A stretch of DNA of 51,984 nt from an uncultured Candidatus Saccharibacteria bacterium (GTDB lineage Bacteria > Patescibacteriota > Minisyncoccia > 2-02-FULL-40-12 > GWA2-44-9): assembly GCA_964366725.1 (NCBI GenBank), contig CAYIUL010000001.1, positions 1 to 51,984 of the forward strand, in the 5' to 3' direction. Position numbers and translations under genes: made by a program. The first letter of the stretch is position 1; the number at the start of each line of letters is the position of its first letter. The notes under the pieces were generated by a model that saw only the letters and a list, made by a program, of their open reading frames with translations, was not told the DNA's origin and searched no databases. Below, one piece after another: positions 26,242 through 35,303 of this stretch.

Positions 26242-26979
26242 TTATCTAATTTTCTTTAGCCAATATTCGTTCTCCCATTCCCAGAGGGCTTTGCAGGCCA
26301 GAAAGGCCTTAATATCGCTATCAAAGGTATTCAACTCTTTCAGCTCGACTTCTCCCCGCATCGGACCCCATTCGTGGAGGCATTTTCCTTTTTCTCCGCG
26401 AATTTTTTCACGGCCGCCTTTGTCGCGCAAAGTGGCAGAACATTTTAAGCAATGCTTAGATTGGTCGAGCCTCAATATCCAGCGGGTCAGGGGAGGGAGG
26501 GTCTGGTCTTCTTTCAGGGCTTCGATATAAGCCGAGGTCTGCATGCTGTAGTCCCTATAGATAGCCATCGAGGTTTTGATATCCAAGACGCCCAGAACAC
26601 CGTTCAGCTCGGCCAGAACATCCATAGTTCCGGCAAAGTGATGCTTTTTACTGACAACCCTTTCTTCTATCTTGTGGGCGATAATCTCGTTCTTATTGTA
26701 AAAATCCATGAACGCAGAGACGGCGGGCTGAACAAGGTCGGGGATAACCACCGGCTCTTTTCTTAGTATCGCCTCGATCGTCTCATGGAGCAGGGTGCCC
26801 TCTTCCGCCGACTTGGTTTTAATGGCTTCCCCGGTCTTAAAATCAGGCAATCCGGCGTAATACATATAAAGAGCTGGCTTGGCCTTGATGGAAACAATGG
26901 CCGTCACGCGGGGATACCAAATCCCGTCTATCTCATAACCATTCGCGTTTTTGAAGTTTTCTACATTCGAATACCACAT
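26242..26979 (-). CDS. PD-(D/E)XK-family nuclease with Cys-rich insertion
   Basis: 245 aa. GTLLHETIE, FAGTMDVL ... GVLDIKTS (D...D/ExK arrangement), and CLKC ... CLHEW. The start overlaps the upstream gene's stop by 1 nt. Confidence 0.6.
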   Translation of the reverse strand: MWYSNVENFKNANGYEIDGIWYPRVTAIVSIKAKPALYMYYAGLPDFKTGEAIKTKSAEEGTLLHETIEAILRKEPVVIPDLVQPAVSAFMDFYNKNEIIAHKIEERVVSKKHHFAGTMDVLAELNGVLGVLDIKTSMAIYRDYSMQTSAYIEALKEDQTLPPLTRWILRLDQSKHCLKCSATLRDKGGREKIRGEKGKCLHEWGPMRGEVELKELNTFDSDIKAFLACKALWEWENEYWLKKIR

Positions 26980-27728
26980 TATTTTATATTAATGTACTTG
27001 GCCCAATAATCGTAGAGGGTTTTTGTGGCTTTGAGATCTCCAAAACAATATTTTGCTATGTCAAACGCTTTTTGGTCCCTGAAAAGTTGAGCAACATCAT
27101 CACCGGTAACTCCTTTTGACTTGGGACTTTCGATCCCGAATGCCTGGCACCACATATGAAGATTGCCCTTCCTCCGAACAGCGCCAAAGAAGGTTAGCCG
27201 ATCCAGCAAATCAATGTGTTCATCGTAGTAACGGTTAGGCATCAGATTTTTGGTGGGCTTAATTTTGTGTATCGCCGAACGGACAAGAATGTAAGGGCAG
27301 TCAAAAGTCCTCCCGTTAAAAGTAACAAATTGGTCGTAGTGCGAAACAACATCCCAAAAATTTTTGAGAATTTCTTTCTCATCGGCGCAAGGAATGTATT
27401 GGGCGTCTTTCCCGATTTCTCCCAAATGACTCTGATTTGGTTGAGAAATCGAGGATCCTCGATTTTGTTTCTCCGAAGGAGACAAAATCGGGACTTCGTT
27501 CTCATGTTCCCCCTGCGAATTAAAATAAACCGCGCCTTTATCGGTATCGGGGTTCAATATGCCGATGGCCACCACCTCGCCCGTCAGGGGAGAGAAGCCC
27601 AGGCCTTCTTTGACGGCCTCGACCTCTTCGGGGGTCTCGGCAAAGCGCAAAAGAGTTTCTTGGGATTTTTCATCCAGCGAATCAAATTCAACGCCTACGG
27701 TTTCAATATCAAATATAAGTCGCGGCAT
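26979..27728 (-). CDS. DEDD-type 3'-5' exonuclease (RNase H-like fold, PolB-exonuclease-like)
   Basis: 249 aa. Motifs: LIFDIETVG (Exo I), FNGRTFDCPYI (Exo II), YCFGDLKAT (Exo III-like). Confidence 0.7.
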   Translation of the reverse strand: MPRLIFDIETVGVEFDSLDEKSQETLLRFAETPEEVEAVKEGLGFSPLTGEVVAIGILNPDTDKGAVYFNSQGEHENEVPILSPSEKQNRGSSISQPNQSHLGEIGKDAQYIPCADEKEILKNFWDVVSHYDQFVTFNGRTFDCPYILVRSAIHKIKPTKNLMPNRYYDEHIDLLDRLTFFGAVRRKGNLHMWCQAFGIESPKSKGVTGDDVAQLFRDQKAFDIAKYCFGDLKATKTLYDYWAKYINIK

Positions 27729-27883
27729 AGAACAGAGAAGTTAGTGCAACTATTTTAACTTAATTATGAATTTTTAAAAGAGGAGAACTAAAATGGAAGA
27801 TCGGTGGGGAAGAGGGGTCAAAAGATTAGATAGATGGTCGCACAATGTAGGTTATACGACGTTAAAGTAAGAGAAAAGGCCCT

Positions 27884-28390
27884 TTAGATATTTAAAGCAC
27901 TCCGAATACCTTGAACCATCTGCCAGACAATCTGAACCACTACTATAAATATCTGAATAGATAATATTGCAGCCCCCTTAAGGATGTTTAACAGGTCGCT
28001 ATTGGACACTCCGGCCGGGCTGAAGAATCTCGTAAGGTCAAGGTCTGTCGTATCGGTGTCCAGCCCGCTTATACCAAACCCTTTAACGTGATTTAAGGGG
28101 TTTAGGGGCAGGTTCAGGGGTAGATTGGTCCCGGTATTGAACAAGTCGGTCGGCGTTAGGTCTTTTAGGACCTCGCCGACAACCTCGTTCACGGTTTTGG
28201 TGACATCCAATAAATCCTGGCCGGAATCTGTTTTTAAAAAATTATCAGTCCCCGCTTCTGCAGAATAAGTTTTTGGAGCCGTTACAACAAATGCGGACAA
28301 CAATAATGCCATTACAGCCAAAATAATACCGGCTCTTTTTGAAGCCCCTCCCCTTCCCTGCCTTATTAATATTTCACAATATTTTAACAT
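27884..28390 (-). CDS. hypothetical secreted / membrane protein
   Basis: Start at internal ATG 28390, since the longer ORF to 28546 overlaps ndh. Has a signal-anchor and a C-terminal hydrophobic helix. Confidence 0.5.
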   Translation of the reverse strand: MLKYCEILIRQGRGGASKRAGIILAVMALLLSAFVVTAPKTYSAEAGTDNFLKTDSGQDLLDVTKTVNEVVGEVLKDLTPTDLFNTGTNLPLNLPLNPLNHVKGFGISGLDTDTTDLDLTRFFSPAGVSNSDLLNILKGAAILSIQIFIVVVQIVWQMVQGIRSALNI

Positions 28391-28401
28391 ATTGTCAATA
28401 T

Positions 28402-29634
28402 TTAGTCGTTCTTTGTAAATAATGTAACCTCTTGCCACATTAATGATACCGCTTTTCTTGGTGGAAGAATAGAAAGCATATAGCGCAGGTCGATCAGCTC
28501 CCTGACCACCCACCCCAAAAAACCGGTGATGTGAATTCCGTTCCACAAATGAGCAACGGCAAACTTGCCTCCGGCCGGGGCGACCCAGACACGGTAGAAA
28601 GGCCTGTATGGTTTCGCTTTTCCTCCGCGCACGGCGGCAACTATATTGGCGGCGGCAATTTTTCCCTGATCATTGGCAACATAGGCAAGCCCCGGAACCG
28701 GTTTTTGGGTCTTGGGATCGATGAATTCCACGTTGTCTCCGACGGCAAAAACATTTTCCGAGCCCTTAACTTTCATAAACTCGTCGGTCACCACTTTCCC
28801 GCTGGCTGACAGAGGCAGGCCTTGAACGTTTTTCAGCAGTTCGTTGGCCTTGATGCCTGCGGTCCAAACGATGATATTTCCGTCCATCTTTTGGCCGTTC
28901 TTGAGCTTTATGAAGTCGGGACCCGCCTCTTCGATGGGCGAGTTTTCCATCACGGAAATACCCAGCTTGGTCAGACGGCGAAGAAGATGCTGCCTTTTCT
29001 CGTCGGGTATCATAGGCAGTATTTTGGGACCTGCCTCAAAGAGCGTGACCATGTGGGATTTGTGTTTGATCTTGTTGGTTTTGGCTATTTTTTTGGCGCA
29101 GCAAGACAACTCCGCGGCTAATTCGACTCCAGTGAATCCCCCGCCGCATATGAATATTTTGACCGGATACGACGCCGACGATTTTTTAATGGATTCCTCT
29201 ATTTTTTTATTGACCATCAGGGCGTCGTCTATGGATTTGAACTGATAAGCGTATTCTTTAACGCCGGGAATCCCAAAATCGTTGGTCTGGCTGCCAAGAG
29301 CTATAAGCAAATAGTCATATTCAAAAACCCTCGAATCACCAAATACTTTTTTGCCGTTCAAGTCGATCTTAGTGATCTCGTCCTGTATAAAATCAATATT
29401 CTTACCCTCGAATATCGAAGAATAAGGTATACAGACGCTTTTTTTCAGCCGGACGGCAAACGGGTCTCTTTTTACGTTGTAAGCGGAAGCAATTTCATAT
29501 AATGCCGGCAAGAAAAGATGGTAGCCGTTCTTATCAATGAGAGTTATCCGAATTTCGTCCTTAAGCTTTTTCTCAAGGTCAAGAGCGGCACGAATACCAC
29601 CAAATCCCCCGCCGAGAATGAGTATCTTCGTCAT
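28402..29634 (-). CDS. ndh: type II NADH dehydrogenase (FAD-dependent pyridine nucleotide-disulfide oxidoreductase)
   Basis: 410 aa. Two dinucleotide folds: ILILGGGFGGIRAA and ICGGGFTGVELAAE. Confidence 0.85.
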   Translation of the reverse strand: MTKILILGGGFGGIRAALDLEKKLKDEIRITLIDKNGYHLFLPALYEIASAYNVKRDPFAVRLKKSVCIPYSSIFEGKNIDFIQDEITKIDLNGKKVFGDSRVFEYDYLLIALGSQTNDFGIPGVKEYAYQFKSIDDALMVNKKIEESIKKSSASYPVKIFICGGGFTGVELAAELSCCAKKIAKTNKIKHKSHMVTLFEAGPKILPMIPDEKRQHLLRRLTKLGISVMENSPIEEAGPDFIKLKNGQKMDGNIIVWTAGIKANELLKNVQGLPLSASGKVVTDEFMKVKGSENVFAVGDNVEFIDPKTQKPVPGLAYVANDQGKIAAANIVAAVRGGKAKPYRPFYRVWVAPAGGKFAVAHLWNGIHITGFLGWVVRELIDLRYMLSILPPRKAVSLMWQEVTLFTKND

Positions 29635-29717
29635 AATTTTATTTTATCACATACCGCTCCGTCCCGACACCATTTCCCAGCCCTAAACGCAGTTGGGCTC
29701 GGCTCACGTATAAGTTT

Positions 29718-30962
29718 TTATGGAAGGTAGTCGCGAGGGTCAACGGTGTTATCATAGTTGAAATATAACTGATCATTCTTTTCGTTGATATAAGTAAAGA
29801 ACTCTTTATATATGCTTAAGTGGACATGAGAACCGGTGGAAAATCCCGTCGAACCCTCGTATCCGATTATGTCCCCCGTCTTAACTTGAGTGCCGACTCT
29901 CACGAATTCGAACGCGCTTAAATGGCCATAGATGCTAACCAGGTTATAGGGAGGATGTTTAACGGCAACCCAATGCCCCCAACCGTCATTCGTGCCGTTG
30001 GCAATGACCTCTCCATCACCGATAGCTTTAATAGGCGTACCAAATCCCGAAGTCATGTCTATGCCATTATGAATTTTCCCCCCGTAAGCCCCCCTCCTGG
30101 CATACGTTGTCCTGCCATAGGTCTGGGTGATGCGGTAGTTTTCCTCCGGCCACCGGAAAAGATCTGTTCCCTTTTTCGGCAAGTTTTCCGCTTTGATACG
30201 GAGAATGTAAAGTCCGCCCTGGATAATTTTCGTCTCGAGTTCTTTTAATTCCGTAAAAAAGAGGGACTGCTTTCGTTCCACTTCGTCCAACATTTTTTGG
30301 TATGCCGCCTCCTGGCCTTTGGTTTCTTTCAGTAATCCGTCTTTTTCCGATTTCGTTCCGCTTAAAGACGTCTTCTGGCCGCTCTGCTGCCTCTTCATCG
30401 ATTCAAGATCATCCTTCTTGGCCTCGAGATCCGACTTTTGATCTTCCAGCTCGTTCTTGGTGCTTCGAAGGTCGTCGATAAGGGCAAGAAGATTTGCGTT
30501 CAGAGAATTGGCATACTGTTCCTGCCGGAGAAAGTCGGAGATACTGTTGTTCTTGAGCAGAAGCGTAAGCAGGCCCTCGCTTTCTTGGCGGTTAAGGAAC
30601 AGGATGGTTTGAGAAATGGCATTCTTTTGAGAGTCGATTTTTTCTTGTGTTGTCGCGATGTGGGTCTCCACTCCGCCGATCTCGATACCGGTTTTTGTGA
30701 TTTTGCTTCCGGTCAACGATATTTGGTTTGCCAGATATTTTATCTGACTGTTGAGTTTGGCTATCTCGTTCTGGAGCGTCTTGGCTTCGGCCTGTTCCTG
30801 GGCGATGCTTCCCCGATATTGCTCCGCCTGTTGCTCGAGGCGCTCTATTTCCGCCCGCAATTCGGCCATACGTTCATCTTCGGTTTGGGCAAATACGAAA
30901 TGGCCTAAGTTGAGTGATACCATTATTACCAGAATGTGGATTTTAAATGGATTTGACATCAA
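29718..30962 (-). CDS. M23 peptidase with long N-terminal coiled coil (EnvC-like)
   Basis: 414 aa. Signal peptide, about 230 aa of coiled coil, HNGIDM ... GSTGFSTGSHVHL. Confidence 0.85.
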   Translation of the reverse strand: MMSNPFKIHILVIMVSLNLGHFVFAQTEDERMAELRAEIERLEQQAEQYRGSIAQEQAEAKTLQNEIAKLNSQIKYLANQISLTGSKITKTGIEIGGVETHIATTQEKIDSQKNAISQTILFLNRQESEGLLTLLLKNNSISDFLRQEQYANSLNANLLALIDDLRSTKNELEDQKSDLEAKKDDLESMKRQQSGQKTSLSGTKSEKDGLLKETKGQEAAYQKMLDEVERKQSLFFTELKELETKIIQGGLYILRIKAENLPKKGTDLFRWPEENYRITQTYGRTTYARRGAYGGKIHNGIDMTSGFGTPIKAIGDGEVIANGTNDGWGHWVAVKHPPYNLVSIYGHLSAFEFVRVGTQVKTGDIIGYEGSTGFSTGSHVHLSIYKEFFTYINEKNDQLYFNYDNTVDPRDYLP

Positions 30963-31003
30963 TGTTTTACTATGCTATGATTAATACCTATTGGAGGTGA
31001 CAG

Positions 31004-31339
31004 ATGCCTGAATGGACATACGCAATCGAGTGGATCCATGTCATGTTCGCCGGAATGACACTTGTGGTCGTCGGCGCAATGACAATGGAAGCACGACCTC
31101 GATTAGGCCTGACGCTCGTGAGCATTGGCCTCATCATCATGGTTGTCCTCCCGCCATTCGCTCAAGGACGGTACTGGGATCACCGCCTGGCGGCTCACGT
31201 GAGCCGCCTTTTTTATTTTAAAAACGTTAAAGCTTTTCCTATACGTTTTACTACTTCTTTCTTTCCAAGCACAACGGCAAGTTCAACCGGGTCGGGAGAT
31301 TTTTCCTTTCCAGTCAGGGCAACCCTTAAAGGCCAATAA
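31004..31339 (+). CDS. questionable small membrane protein ORF (GC-rich)
   Basis: GGAGGTG lies 4 nt upstream of the ATG, and there are two hydrophobic helices. However, the frame runs through a strong terminator at 31189-31216 and overlaps 127 nt of gltX. Confidence 0.3.
   Translation: MPEWTYAIEWIHVMFAGMTLVVVGAMTMEARPRLGLTLVSIGLIIMVVLPPFAQGRYWDHRLAAHVSRLFYFKNVKAFPIRFTTSFFPSTTASSTGSGDFSFPVRATLKGQ
31189..31216 (+). terminator. intrinsic terminator
   Basis: GGCGGCTCAC|GTGAGCCGCC is a perfect 20-nt palindrome followed by TTTTTTAT. Confidence 0.7.
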
Positions 31340-32568
31340 ACAAGTCCCCTGTCGCCTATTTTGGCAGAAAATTCGTCTAGAACTTTCCTTAACTCCTCTT
31401 TTTCTTTGTTGAAATCAAAATTTTCAATTATTTTTTGAACTTCGGACAAAGTTTCCAGTGATTTACCCGAATCGGCTTTTTTCCATTTCAACAATTCTTT
31501 GTCGTACTCCGGCTCTTTCCAAAAATAGTCAAAACCGTGAGCATCGCTCAATTTTTCCAGTCGTTCTGTGATGAGCGGCACCGCTTTGTCGGGCACATCT
31601 ATGTTGGTCAGTTCTTTGAACTTGGCAGGATCAAGTTTTTTAATATATTGGGAATTGAACCAGTTAAGCTTGTCTATGTTAAATACCGCTCCGGACTTGT
31701 GGACTTTGGCCAATTCAAACTCTTTAACCATTTCTTCTTTAGTCAGAATCTCCTCGCCGAATGTGTAGCTCATCGCGCCCAGAAAATTCAGAAGTGCTTC
31801 GGGGAGATAATCTTTTTTGTAGTCAACAACCGCAGTCGCGCCGTGTCGTTTAGAGAGTTTGGAGCGGTCCGGGGCAAGTATAAGCGGCAAGTGAGCAAAT
31901 TGCGGGACTTGTTTGCCGAGAGCTTCGTAGAGCAATATTTGTTTCGGTGTGTTTGAAATGTGATCCTCTCCGCGGATAACGTGGCTAATTTTCATGTCGA
32001 TATCGTCAATAACAGTAGTAAAGTTATAGAGCAATCTTTCAAAACCGTTACCCAAACTTACATCGCTCATCAGTTTGGCTTCAAACTCCACGCGACCACG
32101 AATAATGTCGTCAAAAACAATCTTCCTTTCAGGGTTCCTATCAATGGCCAGACGGATCAGTCCTCCGGGGGTTTTCCCTTCTTCGGTATTCTTATGTTCA
32201 CAATCGTGAAGCGGTGGTTGTTTATTTTGGGCTTGTTGTTTTTTCTCTTCTTCTAGTTCTTCTTTTGAGTGGTGACAGTAAAACGCCTTGCCTTCGGAAA
32301 GAAGTTTTTCTAATACCGCTTTATATTTATCCATTCTATCTGATTGTCGAACCACGTCTCTATCCCATTTCAATCCCAGCCATTCAAGGGAATCATAAAT
32401 TGCCTGCTCGTATTCTTTAGTTGAGCGTTCTTTGTCGGTATCTTCGATGCGCAAATAAAAAGTTCCCTCGTGTTTGCGGGCAAATAACCAATTATATAAT
32501 GCCGACTGGGCAGTACCGACATGCAAAAAACCGGTTGGACTTGGAGCAATTCTGACTTTTACTTTCAT
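31213..32568 (-). CDS. gltX: glutamyl-tRNA synthetase
   Basis: 451 aa. RIAPSPTGFLHVGTA (HIGH) and KLSKRHG (KMSKS). Confidence 0.95.
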   Translation of the reverse strand: MKVKVRIAPSPTGFLHVGTAQSALYNWLFARKHEGTFYLRIEDTDKERSTKEYEQAIYDSLEWLGLKWDRDVVRQSDRMDKYKAVLEKLLSEGKAFYCHHSKEELEEEKKQQAQNKQPPLHDCEHKNTEEGKTPGGLIRLAIDRNPERKIVFDDIIRGRVEFEAKLMSDVSLGNGFERLLYNFTTVIDDIDMKISHVIRGEDHISNTPKQILLYEALGKQVPQFAHLPLILAPDRSKLSKRHGATAVVDYKKDYLPEALLNFLGAMSYTFGEEILTKEEMVKEFELAKVHKSGAVFNIDKLNWFNSQYIKKLDPAKFKELTNIDVPDKAVPLITERLEKLSDAHGFDYFWKEPEYDKELLKWKKADSGKSLETLSEVQKIIENFDFNKEKEELRKVLDEFSAKIGDRGLVYWPLRVALTGKEKSPDPVELAVVLGKKEVVKRIGKALTFLK

Positions 32569-32613
32569 ACCCTTTATTATAACGTAGTTATGGTATTATT
32601 CCAGCATAAATCC

Positions 32614-34593
32614 ATGTTTGTCATTGAAGTCATTCCCTTAACCATTCTGCCCCCGAACGTTCCTCAAATCTTGAGCTACTTTTTTGATAAAAAACTCGAG
32701 CGTGGAGCGGTAGTCGTGGTAATTATCGGGAGCCGGAGCGTCAAGGCGATAGTGATCGATTCAATTCCCCTGACGGAACATAAGCTCGGTTTAAAAAAAG
32801 CGGAGTTCCAACTCAAGAAGCTTTCCGAAGTCCTGATGGAGACGCCGCAGATATCCGATCGGCAGCTCCGCATCGCTCTCTGGCTTTCCAAGACCTACTA
32901 TTCGCCTTTGGGCATATGTCTTAAAACCGTCCTGCCTCCGTTCTTTTTGAAGAAAAAATTCCCAATATTGCCGGAGGTGAGTATAAAAACAGAGGAAGAA
33001 GTGAAAAGAAAACCGGATCTCATTTTGACCGACGCCAAAAATGCGTTGAAGAATGTCCTGCCCCTGGTCAAGAGCGCGGTAAGCAAGAACGGACAGGCGG
33101 TTTTGATCGTTCCCGATAACCAAACTCTCGATTATTTTTGCGACAATTTAAAAGAGTTTGATACAACAAAGATATCTTCGGAAATGGGAAATAAGAAGTT
33201 TTTTGAGGCCTGGCAGAATATCCAGAGCGGGAAGACCAAAATATTGGTAGGCACAAGACAGGCGCTTCTTTTTCCCTTCAAGAAACTGACGCTGGTAATT
33301 GTCGACGACCCTCTGCACGAGTTCTATAAATCCGACATGTCTCCAAAATACAATACGGCCGATCTCGCCGGTTATGTAGCCAAAATAAACAACTGCCGCC
33401 TTTTATACCTGTCCCCCATCACAGGGGTCGAAAATTATTTCCTCTTGAAAAACAAAACATACGAATTGATAGACAAGACCTCGGCCTCGCCGCCCATTAA
33501 GATCGTCAACATGGTCAATGAGATAAAATCGGGAAATTTCTCTCTGTTAAGCAGGGAGTTAAAAAGTCAGATACTTTCCTTGGTTAATCCAACGAGTCAA
33601 AATAAAAAAATCCTCATTTTCTCACCGCGCCGGGGACATTCGGGCGTTCTTGTCTGCCAGAATTGCGGCTGGACAGCGAAGTGCCCGAATTGCGAAACGG
33701 CATACAGAATACATCGGGCCGAAGATCTGGTCCTAATGTGCCATCACTGCGGAAACACGCAGCGGCTCCCGGATCACTGCCCTAACTGCAACAGCTCCAA
33801 ACTAAAGCCGACGGGCCCGGCCGGAAGCCAGAAAATATATGAGGAGGTCAGAAGGGTTCTATCCCAGAATGAAATAAGCGGTCGCGGAGTGGGATTCCCT
33901 GTCGCCCGGCCGGAGGCCGTCGGCGACAAAGGGAACTCTGTCGTGCCTGTGCTGGTCCTGGATACGGACGTAACGACAAACCAAACCGAGGAAGAAGAAG
34001 TAATGTCCGAGATAGCCCTGCCAAAAACGTCCGTTCTCATTGCCACCCAGATGATATTTAGCTACCGCTACGACCACATCTTCGATTTCGTAGCCATTAT
34101 GAATACAGATTCCCTTATTCAATCTCCCGATTTCCGCACGGAGGAACGGCTGTTCTATCAGCTGGAAAAACTACTCGATTTCAAGCCGCAACAACTGCTT
34201 ATCCAGACCTTCAACCCCGAGAACCAAGCTATCTTGATGGCCTCACAAAGAAATTACAAGGACTTTTACGAAAAAGAACTGGCTGTACGGCAGGCCCTCT
34301 CGTATCCCCCATTCTCCAGATTGATAAAATTAACCTTCCGGCATCCCGACCGCGAAGTGGCTTCGCGCGAAGCAAGAATACTGGCCGGCAAACTAAAAAT
34401 GGCTGTAGTTCAATTAAAGTTATCGGATAAAATAAAAATAACCGACTCCTCTCCCGGATACACCGAAAAAGAACGCGGACTTTATACATACAACATAGTA
34501 ATCAAATCCCTCAACGGCCAAACCCCGAGAGAAATATTGAAATTCGTCCCCTCAAGGTGGCTGATAGATGTCGACCCTCGTTCCCTTCTATAG
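32614..34593 (+). CDS. priA: primosomal protein N' (PriA)-like, ATPase motifs degenerate
   Basis: 659 aa from ATG 32614. Cys-rich Zn region CQNCGWTAKCPNCETAY ... CHHCGN ... CPNC, plus VLIATQM. No GxGKT Walker A. DEEH is replaced by DDPLHE. No GRAGR. Confidence 0.8.
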   Translation: MFVIEVIPLTILPPNVPQILSYFFDKKLERGAVVVVIIGSRSVKAIVIDSIPLTEHKLGLKKAEFQLKKLSEVLMETPQISDRQLRIALWLSKTYYSPLGICLKTVLPPFFLKKKFPILPEVSIKTEEEVKRKPDLILTDAKNALKNVLPLVKSAVSKNGQAVLIVPDNQTLDYFCDNLKEFDTTKISSEMGNKKFFEAWQNIQSGKTKILVGTRQALLFPFKKLTLVIVDDPLHEFYKSDMSPKYNTADLAGYVAKINNCRLLYLSPITGVENYFLLKNKTYELIDKTSASPPIKIVNMVNEIKSGNFSLLSRELKSQILSLVNPTSQNKKILIFSPRRGHSGVLVCQNCGWTAKCPNCETAYRIHRAEDLVLMCHHCGNTQRLPDHCPNCNSSKLKPTGPAGSQKIYEEVRRVLSQNEISGRGVGFPVARPEAVGDKGNSVVPVLVLDTDVTTNQTEEEEVMSEIALPKTSVLIATQMIFSYRYDHIFDFVAIMNTDSLIQSPDFRTEERLFYQLEKLLDFKPQQLLIQTFNPENQAILMASQRNYKDFYEKELAVRQALSYPPFSRLIKLTFRHPDREVASREARILAGKLKMAVVQLKLSDKIKITDSSPGYTEKERGLYTYNIVIKSLNGQTPREILKFVPSRWLIDVDPRSLL

Positions 34594-34630
34594 AGTGTAC
34601 AAATGTACAAAGGGCGCCTTTGTACACTCT
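34592..34630. repeat. REP-like hairpin, left flank of the Y1 transposase
   Basis: AGAGTGTACAAATGTACAAAGG-gcg-CCTTTGTACACTCT. Core is GTACAAAGG-gcg-CCTTTGTAC at 34605-34625. Confidence 0.8.
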
Positions 34631-34641
34631 GCTCCCCTTTT

Positions 34642-35280
34642 TCAAAAGTCACCCTTATCTAGTAATAAATCCTCCATATCTTTTTTTGATTTTATAATTT
34701 CGTAAGACGATTCGGTGAATTCTTTAAAATCTTGAATATTCTTAAATTGATTGCCAATCAAAGCTGTGTCGCAAAGATCACTTTGACTGTTTAGGTAGGC
34801 AGGATAGCTGCTCCAGATATATTCGGCCGAATTTTTTATAAGACCTGCTACTTTAGGGTTTAAATGTATATAAGCTGCAAGCCAAGTTAGATAATCATTA
34901 TCATCCACTATTATTTGCCTGAACCGATCTTGAAAAACATGGCCCACATGCTTATATTTTTTATTGGAATATTTAGAGTAGCTTGTGCAGAGTTTTAGAA
35001 TTAATTTGCTCGGCGGTATTTCATTGTTTTGTTTTATAAGCAAATGAAAATGATTCGGCATCAAACAATATGCCAAAAGAGTAAATGAGCCCGACGGAAG
35101 AGGTTGGATTCTATAATATCTGTTTTTCTCATATGTTTCGGGAAATAAATTTTGCCTTAATCGCAATAGGAAAAATTGATAGTCCTCTCTATTGATAAAG
35201 ATGTTGTTTTTGAAATTGCCCCTATTATAAATATGGTAAATCTCGCCAACTCCTGTTTGTTTATAATCTCGCGTATTCAT
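34642..35280 (-). CDS. IS200-like / REP-associated tyrosine (Y1, HUH) transposase
   Basis: 212 aa. YHIYNRGN, LAYCLMPNHFHLLIKQ (HUH), GHVFQDRF, YIHLNPKVAGL (catalytic Tyr region). Confidence 0.8.
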   Translation of the reverse strand: MNTRDYKQTGVGEIYHIYNRGNFKNNIFINREDYQFFLLRLRQNLFPETYEKNRYYRIQPLPSGSFTLLAYCLMPNHFHLLIKQNNEIPPSKLILKLCTSYSKYSNKKYKHVGHVFQDRFRQIIVDDNDYLTWLAAYIHLNPKVAGLIKNSAEYIWSSYPAYLNSQSDLCDTALIGNQFKNIQDFKEFTESSYEIIKSKKDMEDLLLDKGDF

Positions 35281-35303
35281 GATCCTACCTTACTTTAATT
35301 CTC

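Noticed and set aside
27793-27870. 25-aa ORF (MEDRWGRGVKRLDRWSHNVGYTTLK) with an AGGAG site upstream.
   Set aside because: It is too short and has a low-information composition, and there is no supporting terminator or conservation evidence available.
31012-31221. Alternative-frame 69-aa ORF in the GC-rich patch before gltX.
   Set aside because: It is Arg/Pro/His-rich with unprotein-like composition and no ribosome-binding site. It is a likely shadow of the 31004 frame or of non-coding DNA.
32521-32613. N-terminal extensions offered by the ORF track. The affected calls are priA from 32521, ASCH from 6824, rplI from 23139, the permease from 39832, 27884-28546, and yvcK from 41928.
   Set aside because: The extensions overlap neighbouring genes or terminators and add non-homologous residues. 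Internal ATGs give N-termini that match the family consensus.
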